Source: Nemertoderma westbladi (taxonomy: Eukaryota > Animalia > Xenacoelomorpha). From it: a stretch of 64,000 nt of DNA. Every line of letters starts with the position of its first letter. The stretch's first letter is position 1. Below are positions 61,891 through 64,000 of the stretch, one piece after another. The DNA is taken from assembly GCA_032718475.1 (NCBI GenBank), contig JAUCBJ010001849.1, forward strand, positions 1 to 64,000. Direction: 5' to 3'. A program made the translations under genes and the position numbers. The notes under the pieces were generated by a model. That model was not told the origin of the DNA, did not search any database, and saw only the letters and a program-made list of their open reading frames with translations.

Positions 61891-62759
61891 CGTTATAATA
61901 CTGTCATCAACTCAGGATAACTCACAAACTTTCATAGAAGGCGTGTACATGTACATGTATGTACATTATATTGGTTGCTCCGATGTTTGTATTAGGCTAA
62001 CTGAGAGATGTTTGTATTAGGCTAACTGAGAATGTATTATAAAAATTAGGTATAAATAATTAATGTTCTTTATTTTATTTATCTATTACAGAAAGACCCC
62101 TCCGCAGAATAAACTGCTCTATGGGGCCGTTTCCCAGGTTGCGGATATGGATAACATTTCACACATCGCACTAATTGTGATTATGATTTGTTTGCCTAGG
62201 CGAATTTGTATTACATAAGATGGTAGGCAGTTTGTTTGGTTGATGGAAAGCATTCTCAGTTTGCATCTTCCAGTGCCATCTGTATCTTGGAGACAGGGGG
62301 GGGGGGGGGGGGGGGGGGGGGTGGAACTGGACGCAAAACCCGCCTCAATGTTAAATTCTAAATTTAGGGAAAGGAGCAGGTTACAGTGGCACGTTATTTT
62401 AACCAAAACAATAAACTAAGCACAATAGTTACAGTTTTATTTTTGAGAATAATCAGTTGTTATTTGCGTTTTCGCGTTTTCGTGCAGCATCTGTGTAACT
62501 GTCTTGCAGTTATAATAAATTTATCTATCCAAAAATTATTAGGCTTGGCATCAGCTGGTTGCTAGGAGACTGCAGGATATATCAGGTGGGTTTAAAATTC
62601 AGCAATACATTCAGCGTCAGCGTCCAATTCTTTTTTATCAAATTCTGACATACAACTGTACAACTGAACTCCTGGAACTGTACAACTATACAACTGAACT
62701 CCTGAACTTTTGGATTGATATATCGGTATCGGCACCGGTTCTCCGAGTTGCCCCGTCCA

Positions 62760-64000
62760 GCCATTACCCCCTCCACCGACCAAGCTGACTCCAAAGAACA
62801 AGGAAAACAAACGACCAAACCCAACAAAATTCATTGCTATTCCGGAAAATAAAGGATAACCAAAAGCGAGGATGGTTATTCCGAAGGCTGCTAAACCTGC
62901 GGCTAAGGATTGCAGCAGTTCCCCTCTCCTACTTACTCGACAATCGTACACAAGACGTATTGCTAGAAGGGAGTCGCTTGGGCTGCAACGCAAACCATTG
63001 TTAGTCGAGTCATCGAAAAAGGGGCGCGGAGTCAAGAGTAAATTCGCACTGAAACCCGAACCAACAGACTGTATAATCCGTGGAGAGATCAACTCGGACT
63101 TTATCAAACTAGATAATTCAGTCAACACAAGCAATGTCTATGAAGCATTGAGCTCGCCTACGAACTCCACTGGTTCGTTACCGCAGTTGCCCGACACCAG
63201 CGTTCAGTTCGATGCGGAATTTGCCGGAACCGAAAAGAGCGATGCGAACAAGGGAATAAACAGCTGCGAGTTCCACCCCAATTCGTTAGCCAAACTCGAT
63301 CCCGAGGAACTAAACTCCCTCATCAGATCCTATCTGCAAGAAGTCCCCAAGGACCACCCAGCAAACACGATACCCCTCCCCAAAGCACTGGAGACACTAA
63401 AACCCGGGAAATGGCTAAGCGACGATGTGGTAGATGGATTTATGGGGCTGATCCAGCAACACTTTCCCCACACCGCGCCGATCCCCAGCCAACTCGCAAA
63501 ACAGCTGCGATCGCCAGGCTGCGACCAACTAGTTGCTGGGAAATACGTGGCGCCTCGGTACCTTGGCTTCTACCAGCCCGCAGCCCCACGATCCTCTTTC
63601 TTCCAGAATGCGTCCACGACCACTTTATCCTCCATGTCGCCGACACAGAGGAGAGAATCGTCTACAGTCTAGATTCCCTCCGGCCCTCGATGCCAACCAA
63701 AATAACGTTCGCCCTTGTAGATGTTTTAAATAAGATCAATGAACTCGCTCCATCGAGAGAAGTTACAAAAACAGCCCAATGGATGGTCGGGACTAAGAAT
63801 TCATCTTTCTCCAAACAATCGAATGGTATCGACTGCGGTATCTACAGCTGCCTATATGCGCTGACAGTCGCCCAGAATAAGCCGCAGATCCCGGCTATTC
63901 ATTACGACTCCAATAAATCCCGTAACTGGGTACATGATTGCTTCATTAAATTCAAATTAGTAAATGACCACGCCATAGATATCGATTTTACATACACTCC
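62760..64000 (+). pseudogene. Ulp1/SENP-family (C48) cysteine protease ORF, frameshifted, probably transposon-borne; runs off the window
   Basis: LKPGKWLSDDVVDGFM in the first frame. After a shift near 63540-63590 it reads ILFLPECVHDHFILHVAD...YSLDSL...KQSNGIDCGIYSCLYA, open to 64000. In-frame stop at about 62857. Confidence 0.8.

Noticed and set aside
60959-62020. Multiple overlapping ORFs upstream of KLC
   Set aside because: They derive from the AAGTACAAAAGGGAGACCCC minisatellite.

Overview
Eukaryotic (metazoan-like), repeat-rich genomic window. Host genes: a KLHL8-like BTB-BACK gene (minus strand, three exons reconstructed, continuing off the left edge), a SCAF4/SCAF8-like CID-RRM gene (minus, one coding intron found, disrupted 3' tail), and coding-intronless ENOPH1, PTER and kinesin light chain genes. 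Mobile DNA: a full-length but disabled RTE-like LINE with a 10-bp TSD, two truncated LINEs nested in a dispersed repeat, an intact 1990-aa CRE-like RT/RLE retrotransposon, hAT-, Harbinger- and Kolobok-like MITEs, a Helentron-like repeat-bearing element, a Penelope remnant, a frameshifted Ulp1 protease ORF and many minisatellites. The standout is a 4493-bp DNA transposon (32469-36961). It has TAT...ATA ends, a 6-bp CAGCAG TSD and long modular TIRs, and it encodes a spliced IS3/IS481-like DDE transposase plus, convergently, an intact alpha-kinase: an IS3EU-like element carrying an atypical protein kinase. A second oddity is that KLHL8 splice junctions have themselves been amplified into tandem arrays. 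All family assignments come from motif recognition by eye, not from database searches.
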